Below, piece after piece: positions 11,499 to 23,584 of a stretch of DNA of 37,154 nt. The stretch is from Octopus bimaculoides (taxonomy: Eukaryota): assembly GCF_001194135.2 (NCBI RefSeq), contig NC_068988.1:67590353-67627506 (forward strand), read 5' to 3'. Numbering within the stretch: the stretch's first letter is position 1; every line of letters starts with the position of its first letter. The notes under the pieces are model-generated. The model made no database searches, was not told where the DNA came from, and was given only the letters and a program-made list of their open reading frames with translations. The translations under genes were made by a program, and so were the position numbers.

Positions 11499-11894
11499 AT
11501 CCAAGCGTTATAGAATGAAGTAGGCCAAATCCGGGCTACATGTGTTTCATAGCGAGCGGAACCTTGGAAATGGTAAATATCCAAGCGAGGTGAAGAAAGC
11601 AGGCTACTCTTCAGGGCCAAGTGTATCTTGATTAAATGAAGCTTAGGAGAAATGAAGCTTGCCGTTCGGAGACCCATGCTAACACACGGAGAATTCAATC
11701 AGAATACGTGATCAAATTCTCCGTGAGATAACATAGGCTTTTTAACGATAAAATAGACTGCATTTAATCAAGATACCCTCGCCGTGAAGACTAGCTTGCA
11801 GTATAAACTTTGCTTGGATATTTACCACTTCCGAGGTTCTGCTCGCTATGAAACATATCCAGCCCGGATTTTATCTATTCCATAACACTTGGAT
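11499..11894. mobile_element. ~396-bp fold-back (almost fully palindromic) element, MITE-like
   Basis: The left arm ATCCAAGCGTTATAGAAT...AAATCCGGGCT...GTTTCATAGCGAGCGGAACCTTGGAAATGGTAAATATCCAAGC pairs with the reverse complement of 11812-11894. Inner blocks also pair (GTATCTTGATTAAATG / CATTTAATCAAGATAC and CACGGAGAATT / AATTCTCCGTG). The loop is ~7 nt at 11702-11708. Flanks are TA-rich. Family is unknown. Confidence 0.8.
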
Positions 11895-12559
11895 TATTAT
11901 TTGCATACTTGGCAACACTGGCTGCCTACCGTGAAATATAAAGTAATTCTTTTCAGCTTATCGTACTTCGACACGTACGAAATACACAACTTTCTGCCTC
12001 AATAAACCACTACTGATTCCGAAAGTTTTTTTTTTTTAATATTTTCTGAAGATTACTTGAAGTCACCTTCTTCCTGCACCTTGATCCTTGGACGTCTCCC
12101 TCTCTCTCTCTCTCTCTCTCTCNNNNNNNNNNNNNNNNNNNNNNNNNNNNNNNNNNNNNNNNNNNNNNNNNNNNNNNNNNNNNNNNNNNNNNNNNNNNNN
12201 NNNNNNNNNNNNNNNNNNNNNNNNNNNNNNNNNNNNNNNNNNNNNNNNNNNNNNNNNNNNNNNNNNNNNNNNNNNNNNNNNNNNNNNNNNNNNNNNNNNN
12301 NNNTATATATATATAAATAAACGAGTCAGTTGCTTTTATTTGACGAATGTATGCATATTAAAGCCATATCATTAAAGTAGGGTACACATACAATGTATGT
12401 ACCTTCTCAAAAAGATTATAGATTTATATATAAAAATATAATTTGTTATTTGCCATTCACTCTATGTCTCAGCCATTTATTGCATGTCTCTTCTTCTGGC
12501 AGGAAACGTGACTGGAATTAAGTATGTAATTATATATGCATGTGCGCATACATATATTC

Positions 12560-12750
12560 CTTTATTCTTTTATTTGTTGCAAACTATGGACTGAAGCTGT
12601 TCTGGGGCACAGTGTTGAAGGGATTAAGTGACTCAAACCGAACAATACGTATTTTAATTCTGCTATTTATTTTCACGGCACTCTTTTACAGAACTGCTTA
12701 ACTATGGGGACGTAAATAAACATGCTCCATCTAAACCGTGACAATAAGCA
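12560..12750 (-). mobile_element. 3' half of a family A SINE
   Basis: Reverse complement matches the 3' body and tail of the 9360, 18121 and 36677 copies (GTTTATTTACGTCCC...GTGCCCCAGAACAGC...AACAAATAAAAGA). Confidence 0.65.
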
Positions 12751-12771
12751 CACGCACGCGCGCAAACACAG

Positions 12772-12850
12772 ATCTATCTGTCTATCTATCTATCTATCTA
12801 TCTACCTACCTACCTACCTCTCTACCTACCTATCTACCTACCTACCTATT
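12772..12850. repeat. (TCTA)n grading into (CCTA)n
   Basis: Direct reading. Confidence 0.9.
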
Positions 12851-13089
12851 TACCTTCCTACAATACTCAAATAAGATATTCCAGTCTATTATACCGATAT
12901 CTAATGACAGAATCATTTCCACATATTACTGAAGGTGTTTCCCTCTAATGACTGCATAATTATGTAATTGTACAGCTTGAAATGTCGATATCCATTTCGG
13001 TTTGGCTCAATCTTAGATATCTCATCCTTTTTTGTAATAACTGGGGATATTTATCTTTGCCAAAATCACGCGCACTCTTTATTGATATG

Positions 13090-13565
13090 TTTATTATTAT
13101 TATTGAGCGAGAGATCAGTGCATGCCATCACAGTAACACCGGGGTAAAATATAAGAAGCCCAGTATACCCATCATGACTACCCGTCTGATAAGGGTACAC
13201 CAGGCACATGCATCACAAATATATGTGCGCTACATGCCGATCTCATATCAAGATAAGCGGCGCATAACCTTGCAGGTAGAGCCCAGTTAGAATTTTCTTC
13301 AGATCATGTGGCCCACTCCGCTTAAAAGATCCTTGAATAAGGGTTGTTTAAAGATGTTGCACGAAACACCCATGTTTCCAGTGGTGAATTATTCAAACCC
13401 CAAAGAATTCCTCTCTACTCATGGCTATGATACTCTCCCACTATTTCTCCTTGTGATCAGAGATGCACATATTGTCAACCACCAAGAGACATGCTCAACT
13501 GGTTAAGGTCAAACAACTGACAAGCAAATCTGTGGTATTGAGCAGAATATTTATTGTAGCCCAAC
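13090..13565 (-). repeat. Unclassified interspersed repeat ending in a short (TAA)n tail
   Basis: The minus strand ends ...GATGGCATGCACTGATCTCTCGCTC-AATAATAATAATAA. GC content is higher than the flanks. It resembles an abundant octopus repeat from memory, but there is only one copy in this window. Confidence 0.4.
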
Positions 13566-13651
13566 ATTGTATACCAAGACAAAACAATGTACATGATAAC
13601 ACTTCCAATGAGTTAAGATCGGAAGCACGAGGATCACTGCCTGGTACTGCG

Positions 13652-14029
13652 TATTATTACCACCGCCTTAGCGAAGGCGGAGGTATTGTTTTCAGTCGTG
13701 TTCGCCTGTTTGTTTATTTGTTTGTCCGTGGCCAAGATATCTCAAACCGCTGGATGGATTCGGATGAAACGTTCAGGGATGTTTGGCCCCGTGATTGGCA
13801 CGAACTGATTGGAATTTGGAATCGATCCCGTACCGGACAAAGATTCTGGATTATTTTCCGGTGTTTTTACTTAATTTTTGAGAGCGGTCGGGTTCATTTT
13901 CAATATTTTCGTTTGTGAGAATAGTTGAGTTTATTTAAGATATTCTCATTTTAAAAATCATCTCCGGCTAATCGTTGAGAGGATGTTGATATTGCATTGG
14001 CGGAAGTTTGCGCTCTCTTAGGGCTCATA

Positions 14030-14032
<3 letters not shown>
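13652..14032 (+). mobile_element. Helentron-associated non-autonomous element (HINE/DINE-1-like), copy 1
   Basis: 5' subterminal palindrome ACCACCGCCTT-AGCG-AAGGCGGAGGT, internal (TGTT)n, 3' subTIR TTGGCGGAAG followed by a degenerate stem-loop, T-rich ends. Aligns by eye over its length with 24547-24903. Confidence 0.75.
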
Positions 14033-14075
<43 letters not shown>

Positions 14076-14076
14076 G

Positions 14077-14124
<48 letters not shown>

Positions 14125-15006
14125 GTTCAGTAGTTTTATTTTTATAACGTGCTTTCACTTCACTACCGAGCGCAGCTCTGTGCGCCTTGGGTATGTGCTG
14201 TGGTTTGCTGTGGTGCTCTTATGTTTACTGTATTGAAAGTGTTTTGCGTAGAATGTGTGCAGTACCCAGTAGTGCAATTTTCTGTATGTTATATATATTT
14301 GTAAGTCCTGCTATTTTTGTTATGTATTTGTCTGAATATTTTTTTATTATACCTANNNNNNNNNNNNNNNNNNNNNNNNNNNNNNNNNNNNNNNNNNNNN
14401 NNNNNNNNNNNNNNNNNNNNNNNNNNNNNNNNNNNNNNNNNNNNNNNNNNNNNNNNNNNNNNNNNNNNNNNNNNNNNNNNNNNNNNNNNNNNNNNNNNNN
14501 NNNNNNNNNNNNNNNNNNNNNNNNNNNNNNNNNNNNNNNNNNNNNNNNNNNNNNNNNNNNNNNNNNNNNNNNNNNNNNNNNNNNNNNNNNNNNNNNNNNN
14601 NNNNNNNNNNNNNNNNNNNNNNNNNNNNNNNNNNNNNNNNNNNNNNNNNNNNNNGGCAACTATATCTGGTGTATTTGCCTTAATTTCTCTATCTGTGTGT
14701 ATTGGCATATCCCAGAGTATGGTTGCTTTCTCGTTTTCTGTGACCTTTTCTGGCGTGTGTTTATACCATCTTTTTTCTGTTGTTATTCCATAGTGTTGGC
14801 ATAGCTTCCAGTGTATATAAGTCCCAGCTCTGTCGTGTCTGTGAATATATTCCTTCTTAGCCAGGACTGGGCAGCCAGAGATAATATGAATTATTGTTTC
14901 TTGTCGATCTCCACATATTCTACAGTTACTTGTTATATTTCTTTTCATTATGTGTTTTTGGTAATTTCTGGTGGGGTGGCTCTGGTCTTGTGCAGCAATT
15001 AAAAAT
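14125..15006 (-). mobile_element. 5'-truncated 3' end of an R4/Dong-clade RLE LINE inserted in (TAA)n
   Basis: FLIAAQDQSHPTRNYQ...CRICGDRQETIIHIISGCPVLAKKEYIHRHDR (CCHC knuckle, then RHD), ILWDMPIHTDREIKANTPDIV (RLE PD motif), an N-gap at 14356-14654, then IQKIALLGTAHILRKTLSIQ*. (TTA)n arrays flank both sides (14033-14124 and 15008-15039). Confidence 0.92.
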
Positions 15007-15007
15007 C

Positions 15008-15039
<32 letters not shown>

Positions 15040-15042
15040 GTA

Positions 15043-15215
15043 GAATATTTAGCGCTCTGGACGAAATTTTTAATGTATTTCACCTGTCGCTACGTTCTGA
15101 GTTCAAATTTCGCCGAGGTCGACTTTGTTTTTCATCCCTTCAGTGATGAAAATTACATACCAGTGAAACACTGGCGTCGTTGTAATCGATATGTCCCCTC
15201 CCCTTAAAAAATGGT
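15043..15215 (+). mobile_element. Family D SINE abutting the (TTA)n at the 5' junction of the Dong copy
   Basis: GTTCTGAGTTCAAATTTCGCCGAGGTCGACTTTG...TACCAGTGAAACACTGGCGTCG..GTAATCGA. Confidence 0.8.
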
Positions 15216-15489
15216 ATTCCATTCGGTTGTTTTTTGCATGTATCCCTATCTTCATATGTGTTTACCTCTGTATCTCTGTGTGTGTGTATGTGTGTATGTG
15301 TGTGTGTGTGTATGTGTGTCTCTATGTGTTTAGTGTCTGTGTGTTGTGTGCCTGTATATGAGTTTGTATTTTACACTTTTCGTACCTGTGCCTTTTATCT
15401 ATTTTTTCTGATTCTACCTTTAGTCATCAGGTTGCATAGTGTGGTGTGGTTGGGGGTATTATTACTGTCTGAGAGTCGTGTCTTTTTGT

Positions 15490-16260
15490 GTATCGATAAG
15501 ATCCTAACATCCATGTTACCTACCGAGAATAGCTGTTCTAATTTAGCATGTTCGTATAGCAGTGTCGAGCTTCATTCTTCCTTGAGATTACACTAGTATT
15601 CACTTATTCTCTCACCTATGATACGAGCTGTCTCTCAATTGTACGTTGTTGTCCTATTACTCCACCGTTCCTCTGTACATCTTATACTATATACTACATT
15701 CCTTGCTTTATAGTTTATCTGTGGGTTTACTCTGCATACTATACAGTTCCTATCCATAGAGAAGTTTCTTTCAAATGTGAATGTTCTACAGATCAAGCAT
15801 CTTATTTCCGTAGATTTATCTTACTACCGTTTTTCGAAAATAATGCGCTAGTTCGTCTGTAGGGATAACATTGCCGAACATGATACCCAGCTGATTCTGG
15901 TTGTCATACTATGATTTGACCTTAACTATCTTAATTCCTTCTAAGCTATTCCAACGTTTACTCCTTTAGAACGGACGAATTAAATTTGCGTCATTCTCTA
16001 TAATGGTCTTTAATCTTGCCATAGCTCCTTTGTACACTCTGATCCTGTCTTTTTGGTTGTGCTCAGAGAACTGCACGCAGTGGAGGAAGTGTTGTTTATG
16101 TCTCTCGAAATCCTTTGTGTCGTACATGCGTGACAAATGTCTCATCACCCTTATCAACTCAGCTGCCAGGACAATGAAGGTGGTATTATCCGCAATTTCT
16201 GTGTTTCGGTAGACCAGGTAGATTAGGTCATGGGTTTAAGATAATGCGAATAGAGGATTC
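15490..16260 (-). mobile_element. Penelope-like element relic (post-RT region and GIY-YIG endonuclease)
   Basis: KARNVVYSIRCT (15677-15709) followed by YN*ETARIIGERISEY (15623 region; consensus YIGET.R...ER..EH) and LYEH. It is preceded by the open frame ...ELIRVMRHLSRMYDTKDFERHK... (15966-16157). The sequence is decayed. Confidence 0.7.
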
Positions 16261-16440
16261 GTAGCTTGTTATTCCTAGTGTTGAGCCAGAATTCAGTGTC
16301 TAAAACAGGTGGAGTTGAATCTTTGGTTTAACCATGTTCTGATGATTTCATGAGTTACCTTTCTTTATCTGCATTGATTTTTAAATGTAGAATTGTACTG
16401 AATAATGTGTAGCATGTGAAAATGTGCAAACATAATTTGT

Positions 16441-16530
16441 TACACATGAAGAATGCCATTCAATGAGGCTGAACTCGGATCCATGTGGTTGGGAAGCAAA
16501 CTTGTTACCACACAATCATGCCTGCGCTTG
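16441..16530 (-). mobile_element. tRNA head fragment of a family A SINE
   Basis: Reverse complement reads GCGCAGGCATGATTGTGTGGTAACAAGTTTGCTTCCCAACCACATGGATCCGAGTTCAG. Confidence 0.7.
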
Positions 16531-17641
16531 TATATATGTACGCACAGACACATTTAACAGTTATTTACAAATATCACTGATATTGTCACTCAGACTATAT
16601 TTCTGTGATTTATCCCTAATACATCTCAGTAAGGCTTTCCAAACATTTATATGTTGTATCTGTCTTGTTCTAAAGCATTGAGTTAAAGAGCTATCAGAGA
16701 TTATCTAACCAGCATATGCCCATAACGTAACATGTTTAATATTTAAACATCTTTGTAAAAATATTATGATGTAAAATTTCATACCCGTTCTTATTTAAGT
16801 TAATCGTAATTAAAATGATAGTTTCTAAGTGTATTTGCATAGTGGTTCAGAAGAGCAAGCGTGTGTATATGTGTTTGGGTGTGTGCGCATGTGTATGTAG
16901 AGGTAGAATGTGTACATATGTATCTTTAAAATAAACATGCATAAGGAGATATTTACAGGTATCACGTGATTGTGCGCATGTGTGGACAAATATATATTGT
17001 ATATTTCTAGACACATGTGTATGCATATCCCACCTTTATGTATATAGCATATAATAACATACATGTATATATTCTGACGTGAATATAACTATATACACTT
17101 ATATACATTGGATAAAATATTTGTTTTTAATATCTGCAGTCATCACCAAATACTTTTTCGATATTTCTCTTTATTTTAGTCTTAATATTTTAATTTCTTA
17201 TTTCAAGATGTTTCCTGATTTCTTCGAGATTTTATTGGAATTTGGTGGATTTGGTGAAAATGCAAATAGTCACGAATTATATTAGAGAAAAAAGAAATAT
17301 ACAAAGAACAGATTGAATAGCAGTATAGAATTGTATGACAGAATGCAGTATAACATAGTAGCGAAGAACAGTAAAGCTTATATACAATGAGAAAAAGGAA
17401 AGAAATATTGTTGATGTTTACTACGTAGCCATGCCCAAACAAGTAAGCCTATAAAGACATCCCAGTCGTGACCATCCCATCTTGTTGTATCTCTAAGACA
17501 ACATTATCTATTGTGATCCTTCTTTTCTATACATATTGCATAGCGTGATTGGAGGTAGATTTGCATGACGTTGCTTGCATATTCATTGACTAAGGAGTTG
17601 TATTTGGTATTTACCTATAGATTGGTTTGATCGAACATACA

Positions 17642-17642
<1 letters not shown>

Positions 17643-17686
<44 letters not shown>

Positions 17687-17716
17687 TGTGTGTGTGTGTG
17701 TGCGCGCGCGCGTATG
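17643..17716. repeat. (TG)n(CG)n microsatellite
   Basis: Direct reading. Confidence 0.95.
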
Positions 17717-18120
17717 TGCTCGTATGTATTTAGAGAAAGACTTTATGGCAGCATATAAAAGGATTGATAAAAAGGATATGAAAATCAACCAGGCAAGTTT
17801 CAAGTATTACGTAATCTTTTCAGGTAATATTGATCAACATATCTACACAGGTCCAGAAGGAATCACAACACCACAATGAGACGTGACGCAGGACGTGAAC
17901 ATTGTAATAAGTAACAATCCAATTTTTCATTCACATATTAGGAAGATATAAAAATATGTCCTAGTTTGTTGGGATGAATGCTGATATCATTCAGAGCAAG
18001 TATGTAAGAGGCTGAGCTTGTTCTATGCTCGTAAGTATTATCGCCAAATAATGCGAGCCGTAGTGTTAAAGTGGAGGACTCTGAGAGGACTATATGAAAT
18101 TTAAAAAAATATACTATACT

Positions 18121-18490
18121 CAGGCGTGGTTTCTCAACCACATGGTTCCGGGTTCAGTCCTATTGTGTCACAGCTTGAGCATGTGTCTTCTACTATAGCC
18201 TCGGGTAGATCAAAGCTTTGAAAGTGGATTTAGTAGATGAAAGCTAAAAGAAGCCCGTCATGTGTGTGTGTGTCTATGCGCGTGCCTTTGTGTCTGTGTT
18301 TATCCACCACCACCGCCGCTAAACAAACGGTGTTGGTATGTTTACATAGTGGTTCGGCAGAAAGACTGGTACGGTAGTTACCAGGCTCAACAGAAAAATA
18401 GTTACTCGGGTCGAGGTATTCGGCTAAAAATTCCTCAAGGCGGTGTCCCAGGATGGCTGCAGACTAATGATGGAAACAAATAAAAGATAA
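18121..18490 (+). mobile_element. tRNA-derived SINE, family A
   Basis: AACCACATGGTTCCGGGTTCAGTCC (B-box), CTTCTACTATAGCCTCGGG, AAAGAAGCCCGTC and the same 3' tail as 9360-9745. Confidence 0.8.
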
Positions 18491-18788
18491 AGGTTACTCC
18501 AAATGAGTTACTAGGGTAGAGGAAAAAAGGTGAAATAAATACGATGATATTTCGAGATTTCAGGATGCCTGGTCCATAAATTTAGCATTCAAAACTTAAC
18601 AAATTTCCAAAGGGAAAGCCATTTCACAGATTTAAAAACCCACCCACTTCTTCAGGAATGAGAATAATACAATTTAACAGTCTGGGACAGAATGTTCCAG
18701 AATCTTCCAATGGTGTTCCGTAGATATAAAACGGGAAAAGTAATTGTCAATACATTTACCATGTAGTTAAATAATTGGACACGGCACT

Positions 18789-19130
18789 GTGCACAATACG
18801 GGAGAAAATTACATCACGGCAAGAGACACAAAAGGAGGCGGCAACATGATATTTCGTCATATATCATTTACTGAACGAAGATTTTTTAAGAGTCATGCGA
18901 TGAATCAGTATGACTACAGGCATATGGCTCAAAGAGTTATAAGTACTTGTGTGTGTGTGTGTGAGATAACTTAGATATATTACGGCCAAAGATTGTCCCA
19001 GGCCATATCTAACTGAATAGCGCCACCTGATGAGATCTGTTAAAACGTTGTGAAGTCAAATTCTGTGGTATCATGCACGATTCAGGTAGCAAGTTTTTGT
19101 TGACTGACATGTGTCCAGATATAACCTACC
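18789..19130 (+). mobile_element. Possible highly decayed Tc1-like transposase fragment
   Basis: KGGGNMIF...MNQYDY resembles KHGGG.VMVW...MN...Y. Downstream TGACTGACATGTGTCCAGATATAACC resembles W-P-x-x-S-P-D-L-N-P. The match is weak. Confidence 0.3.
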
Positions 19131-19939
19131 TGTTGTCTTTTGAACAAATTGGTTCAGGCTCCGTTTGAAGTCGATAGGATCTTTATCTTCTTTGATTTGT
19201 TATGGGATAACTTTAAAGAAATTACGTGTTCTGATCCTGAATTGTGTAGGGGGAATATGCACGTAGCGCGAAACCTAAATACATACACATATACACACAG
19301 ACACATACACACAGACACACACACAGATATACACATTTCGTGTATATTATACGGATATATATATATATATACTTAATTATATTTACGTCTACATGTGTGC
19401 ATGTATACATATAAATTCATTTATATATATACATATATGTGTGTGTGTATGTGTATTTGAACATATCTATACATACAGATATGTGTATCTGTATATAGAT
19501 ATTCATACATATATGTATGACTACGCGTGAGTGTGAGGGCGTACGGAGTTAAAGGGAACTGAGTAAAAGAATCACCTTCAGCAAAATTTATTTTGGTCGT
19601 TAGCTAAGTGCTGGTGATATACCACGCCATTAAAATCGCTCATACACATTCTTCATATATTTACGACATAGTGTGAATATGAAAAGTAAATGTATATTAC
19701 ACAGGTTGGGCACTGGGGTAAGAGATAAGCTTCCGGCAAGTTGAGATTTCCAACGGGTTTTCAATTCACGAGCAGAGCCACTCAAATACAAAGGCTCTTT
19801 AAGCACTTCAAACAACTATGACCATTGTCACACACTTCAGCTTATTGAAGAATATTATTGCTGAGCCTCGGCGATAAAAATCCTTTATACTTATACATGC
19901 AGAAATACATACAAAGCTAAATACACCCGCGCACACACA

Positions 19940-19950
19940 TATCTATCTAC

Positions 19951-20013
<63 letters not shown>

Positions 20014-20040
20014 GCTAGCTAGCTGTCTGTCTGACTGTCT
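19940..20040. repeat. (TCTA)n(GCTA)n(CTGT)n compound tetranucleotide array
   Basis: Direct reading. Confidence 0.9.
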
Positions 20041-21355
20041 ATGGTGTGAGTGCTCGCGCACGCGCGCATTTTTGTGTGTATTGACTACAACACACTTTCT
20101 ATCCAGTGATTGTTCTATTTAATCAGCACATATATGTGACTTTTCAGACGGGGTAGGGATGTGCAGTCTTTTATTGAGATATGGCAACAGTTATTCAGAA
20201 TGTTACCACTCACGCTGACACATGCCTACGATGGGTTTCTGAAGAGTTCCTGGTTTTAAGGATATCGCGAAATGCCTGGCAAGAAAAGGTGTGCACAGGA
20301 GTGATAAAACTTATAATTAATTGAACGTGGAAAAGTACCAGACAATAAATCGAAGCTTAAAAATTATTACAACTGAAGATGGAATTAGTATTTAAATGCT
20401 GTTTTTAGGAGGATTCCGCATGAAAAATAATTAAAGAGTAAACGAGTGTATGCTTGGGTAGCATGTTAGTTATATGGTTACAATTTGAAGTGGCCATTTT
20501 CTTTCACACATCCAACTCTTTCATGAGCATGGTCTACGCTGAGTCTCAGAAAGAGAAATTAAATGTTTTTCACTTTTGGGTTGGTTGGTCATGATCTATA
20601 GAAAGCATACGTGCTGAGGTGGGAGTTATACGGTATGAACTGCCCTAGTGTGTTGGAGTTCCAGAGTTTCACGAGCATACATTCTGAAATATTTTTCTGC
20701 AGTGGAAAAAGTTTTCACTTTTTAGTAAGGGAAGGTACAGCTCACTAAAATCGCCATAACATTTAGCCCTCATTATTTTTGAACTGACAGAATCCTGCTG
20801 TTACAGGTCAAATTTAGGTGCACCGGCTTATATTTCTCAATATCAGCTCTGCTATATTTAGAAAGTATGAGAAGAATGAAGCTGAGTATGTTTAACTTTT
20901 CAAAGACAGGCTACGTCTCTGTGATATATGTATATTTTATCCTTCTCCAGTGATATTCCATATTTTATTTTACAAAGCGTTAGAAAGAGAAAGTTCTATG
21001 TAAAATGAACTTCACAAAGAGAATATAAAGTTGCGTTATGCTTTTACGTTTGAATGAATCTAAAAGCAACTTATTTTAAATTCTAGCTACAGCTGCAGAA
21101 ATTTTAAGCTTCAATTCTTTTTAACCTTTATTGTTACAGGTTCAGTTTATTAAGAAAATTACAACACATGCCTGAAAGTTTTCTACTAGTCCACAATTTT
21201 ATAGGCAAGGCATTTTTTTCAGCCAAAGAAATATTTGTGATTGATAGAAAATTCAAAAGTACACGCATATATATGTTTCAAATACACATATGTATAGCAA
21301 CCCATGCATATATAAAAGCACGTACGCATACCCGTCACGCACAGAAAAACGCCTG

Positions 21356-21410
<55 letters not shown>
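21356..21410. repeat. (TCTA)n microsatellite
   Basis: Direct reading. Confidence 0.95.
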
Positions 21411-21411
<1 letters not shown>

Positions 21412-22813
21412 CATACAAACATACACACATACTGATATATGTAAGTGAGTGTATATATATANNNNNNNNNNNNNNNNNNNNNNNNNNNNNNNNNNNNNNN
21501 NNNNNNNNNNNNNNNNNNNNNNNNNNNNNNNNNNNNNNNNNNNNNNNNNNNNNNNNNNNNNNNNNNNNNNNNNNNNNNNNNNNNNNNNNNNNNNNNNNNN
21601 NNNNNNNNNNNNNNNNNNNNNNNNNNNNNNNNNNNNNNNNNNNNNNNNNNNNNNNNNNNNNNNNNNNNNNNNNNNNNNNNNNNNNNNNNNNNNNNNNNNN
21701 NNNNNNNNNNNNNNNNNNNNNNNNNNNNNNNNNNNNNNNNNNNNNNNNNNNNNNNNNNNNNNNNNNNNNNNNNNNNNNNNNNNNNNNNNNNNNNNNNNNN
21801 NNNNNNNNNNNNNNNNNNNNNNNNNNNNNNNNNNNNNNNNNNNNNNNNNNNNNNNNNNNNNNNNNNNNNNNNNNNNNNNNNNNNNNNNNNNNNNNNNNNN
21901 NNNNNNNNNNNNNNNNNNNNNNNNNNNNNNNNNNNNNNNNNNNNNNNNNNNNNACTCTGTTGAGATAAAACTTAGCAACTATATTGTCTAGTGAACAATC
22001 AGATAGTTTGCTAAATTTCAAAATACTGCGCTGCAAAATTTTATGCATATTAATCGATCCCATATTTGATCGAATAAGACTCTGCAGAGACAGCAAAATT
22101 TAAGTCCAACCTATAGTTATCAAAACTGCACCACTCTGCTTGGAATAGATAAAATTTTGAAGGAAATAGATACTAGTAAATATAACAATATTTGATTAAT
22201 ATAAAATGTGAAGCGGTACTATACACAGACCTATTTAAGATTTGTATTTACCAGATCATGCTGGATTTCTGATATGATACTTACTTTCTTCAATCCCACA
22301 GGGAGGCTTGAATGTTAATTGTGGAAAAATCCTACTCCATTTAAACTAGTCTTAACACGTTACTCGAAACGTGTGTATGTTAATTTAACGACGCTTAATT
22401 TCCATTCTTATATATTTGACACGCACATATATTTGAAGAAAATAATACCAGTACCATTAACATACACACAATATTCCTCAGAAGCACAAACCTTTCCCTC
22501 ACACAAGCCTTGAACGCATACGGGTATATTTTACAGCATATGCATTCATCTATATGCTACATACGCATAAATCACATGCATATATGTACGAATGAGGTCA
22601 CTATTATTTACACTTTTATATGTCATTAATACATTTGGCATTTTATTTAGATTTTTATTTTAGGTTTCATTGATGCAAACCATTCTATAGCATATCTTAC
22701 ATTCTTTCATACACACACTCACACACATGTAAATACATACATACAAATCTAAATGTATATGCGTGCATGTGTATATATATAAATATACACAGATATATAT
22801 ATGTGTGTGTGCG

Positions 22814-22857
<44 letters not shown>

Positions 22858-23383
22858 CACACATTTACTCTTTTATGTGTCTCATCCCACAAAGCAGTGG
22901 CCATGCGAGAGCACTGCTTGTGTCATCACATTTTCAATGGGGTGAATGGGCCGACACCAGCTGTACAATACGCTCGCGGCAAGATCTGAAAGAACATCTA
23001 ACGCATTAGGACAAACCGGGGTTGAGGGTAGGGTACTCCGAATATTCCTATTTGGTTGCTCCCACCCCCTCCATTTTAGTGATACTTGTTGTTTTGCTCT
23101 CCTATATTGTTATTGATATATATTGTTACATCTTAGGCTACGTAGTAGGCAAACGTCAATTTTATTCTCTTTCTCAGAAGATTAGAAAAGAAATAATGGA
23201 CAACTTTAAACGATTTCTGATATTTATTGGAGTTTCATCATAGAAATCGACATCACTTGACGAATCCCAGAGAACCAGGTTGTCAATCTGTTTATATACA
23301 CATCAATTCTAGTAGCTCCAGTGAACTGGAACCCCTAATTTACATACTATATTTCTTTAATACTTCATTCAGTACAAAGGCTG

Positions 23384-23584
23384 TGAGCTGGCAGAATCGT
23401 TTGCCGACCGGGCAAAATATTTAGCAGCATTTTGTCCGTCTTTAGTTCCTGAGTTGCACCCGTCTTTACGCCGAGATCAGTTTTTCCTTTCATTCTTTCG
23501 TGGTTAATAAAATAAGTGCCATTTGTGTGCAGGGGTCGATTTAATTGACTTACCCGAAATAGCTTGTTTTGTGCCAAAATTTGA
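23384..23584 (+). mobile_element. Diverged family D SINE
   Basis: GAGCTGGCAGAATCGTT...CGGGCAAAATATTTAGC...CTTTCATTCTTTCG...AATAAGTGCCA...GGGGTCGATTTAATTGACT. Confidence 0.7.

Noticed and set aside
13430-13480. Faint resemblance to U1/U4 snRNA words (TGATCACAAGG; GTATCATAGCC)
   Set aside because: Matches of 11 nt or less with no supporting structure or Sm site; too weak to call.
19630-19860. Minus-strand IFFN word as a candidate NPR exon 2
   Set aside because: The flanking residues do not match the family, the frame closes quickly and there are no suitable splice sites.
22888-22922. Small hairpin AAGCAGTG...CACTGCTT
   Set aside because: It resembles a decayed reverse-complement tail of SINE family A and is too short to be informative.
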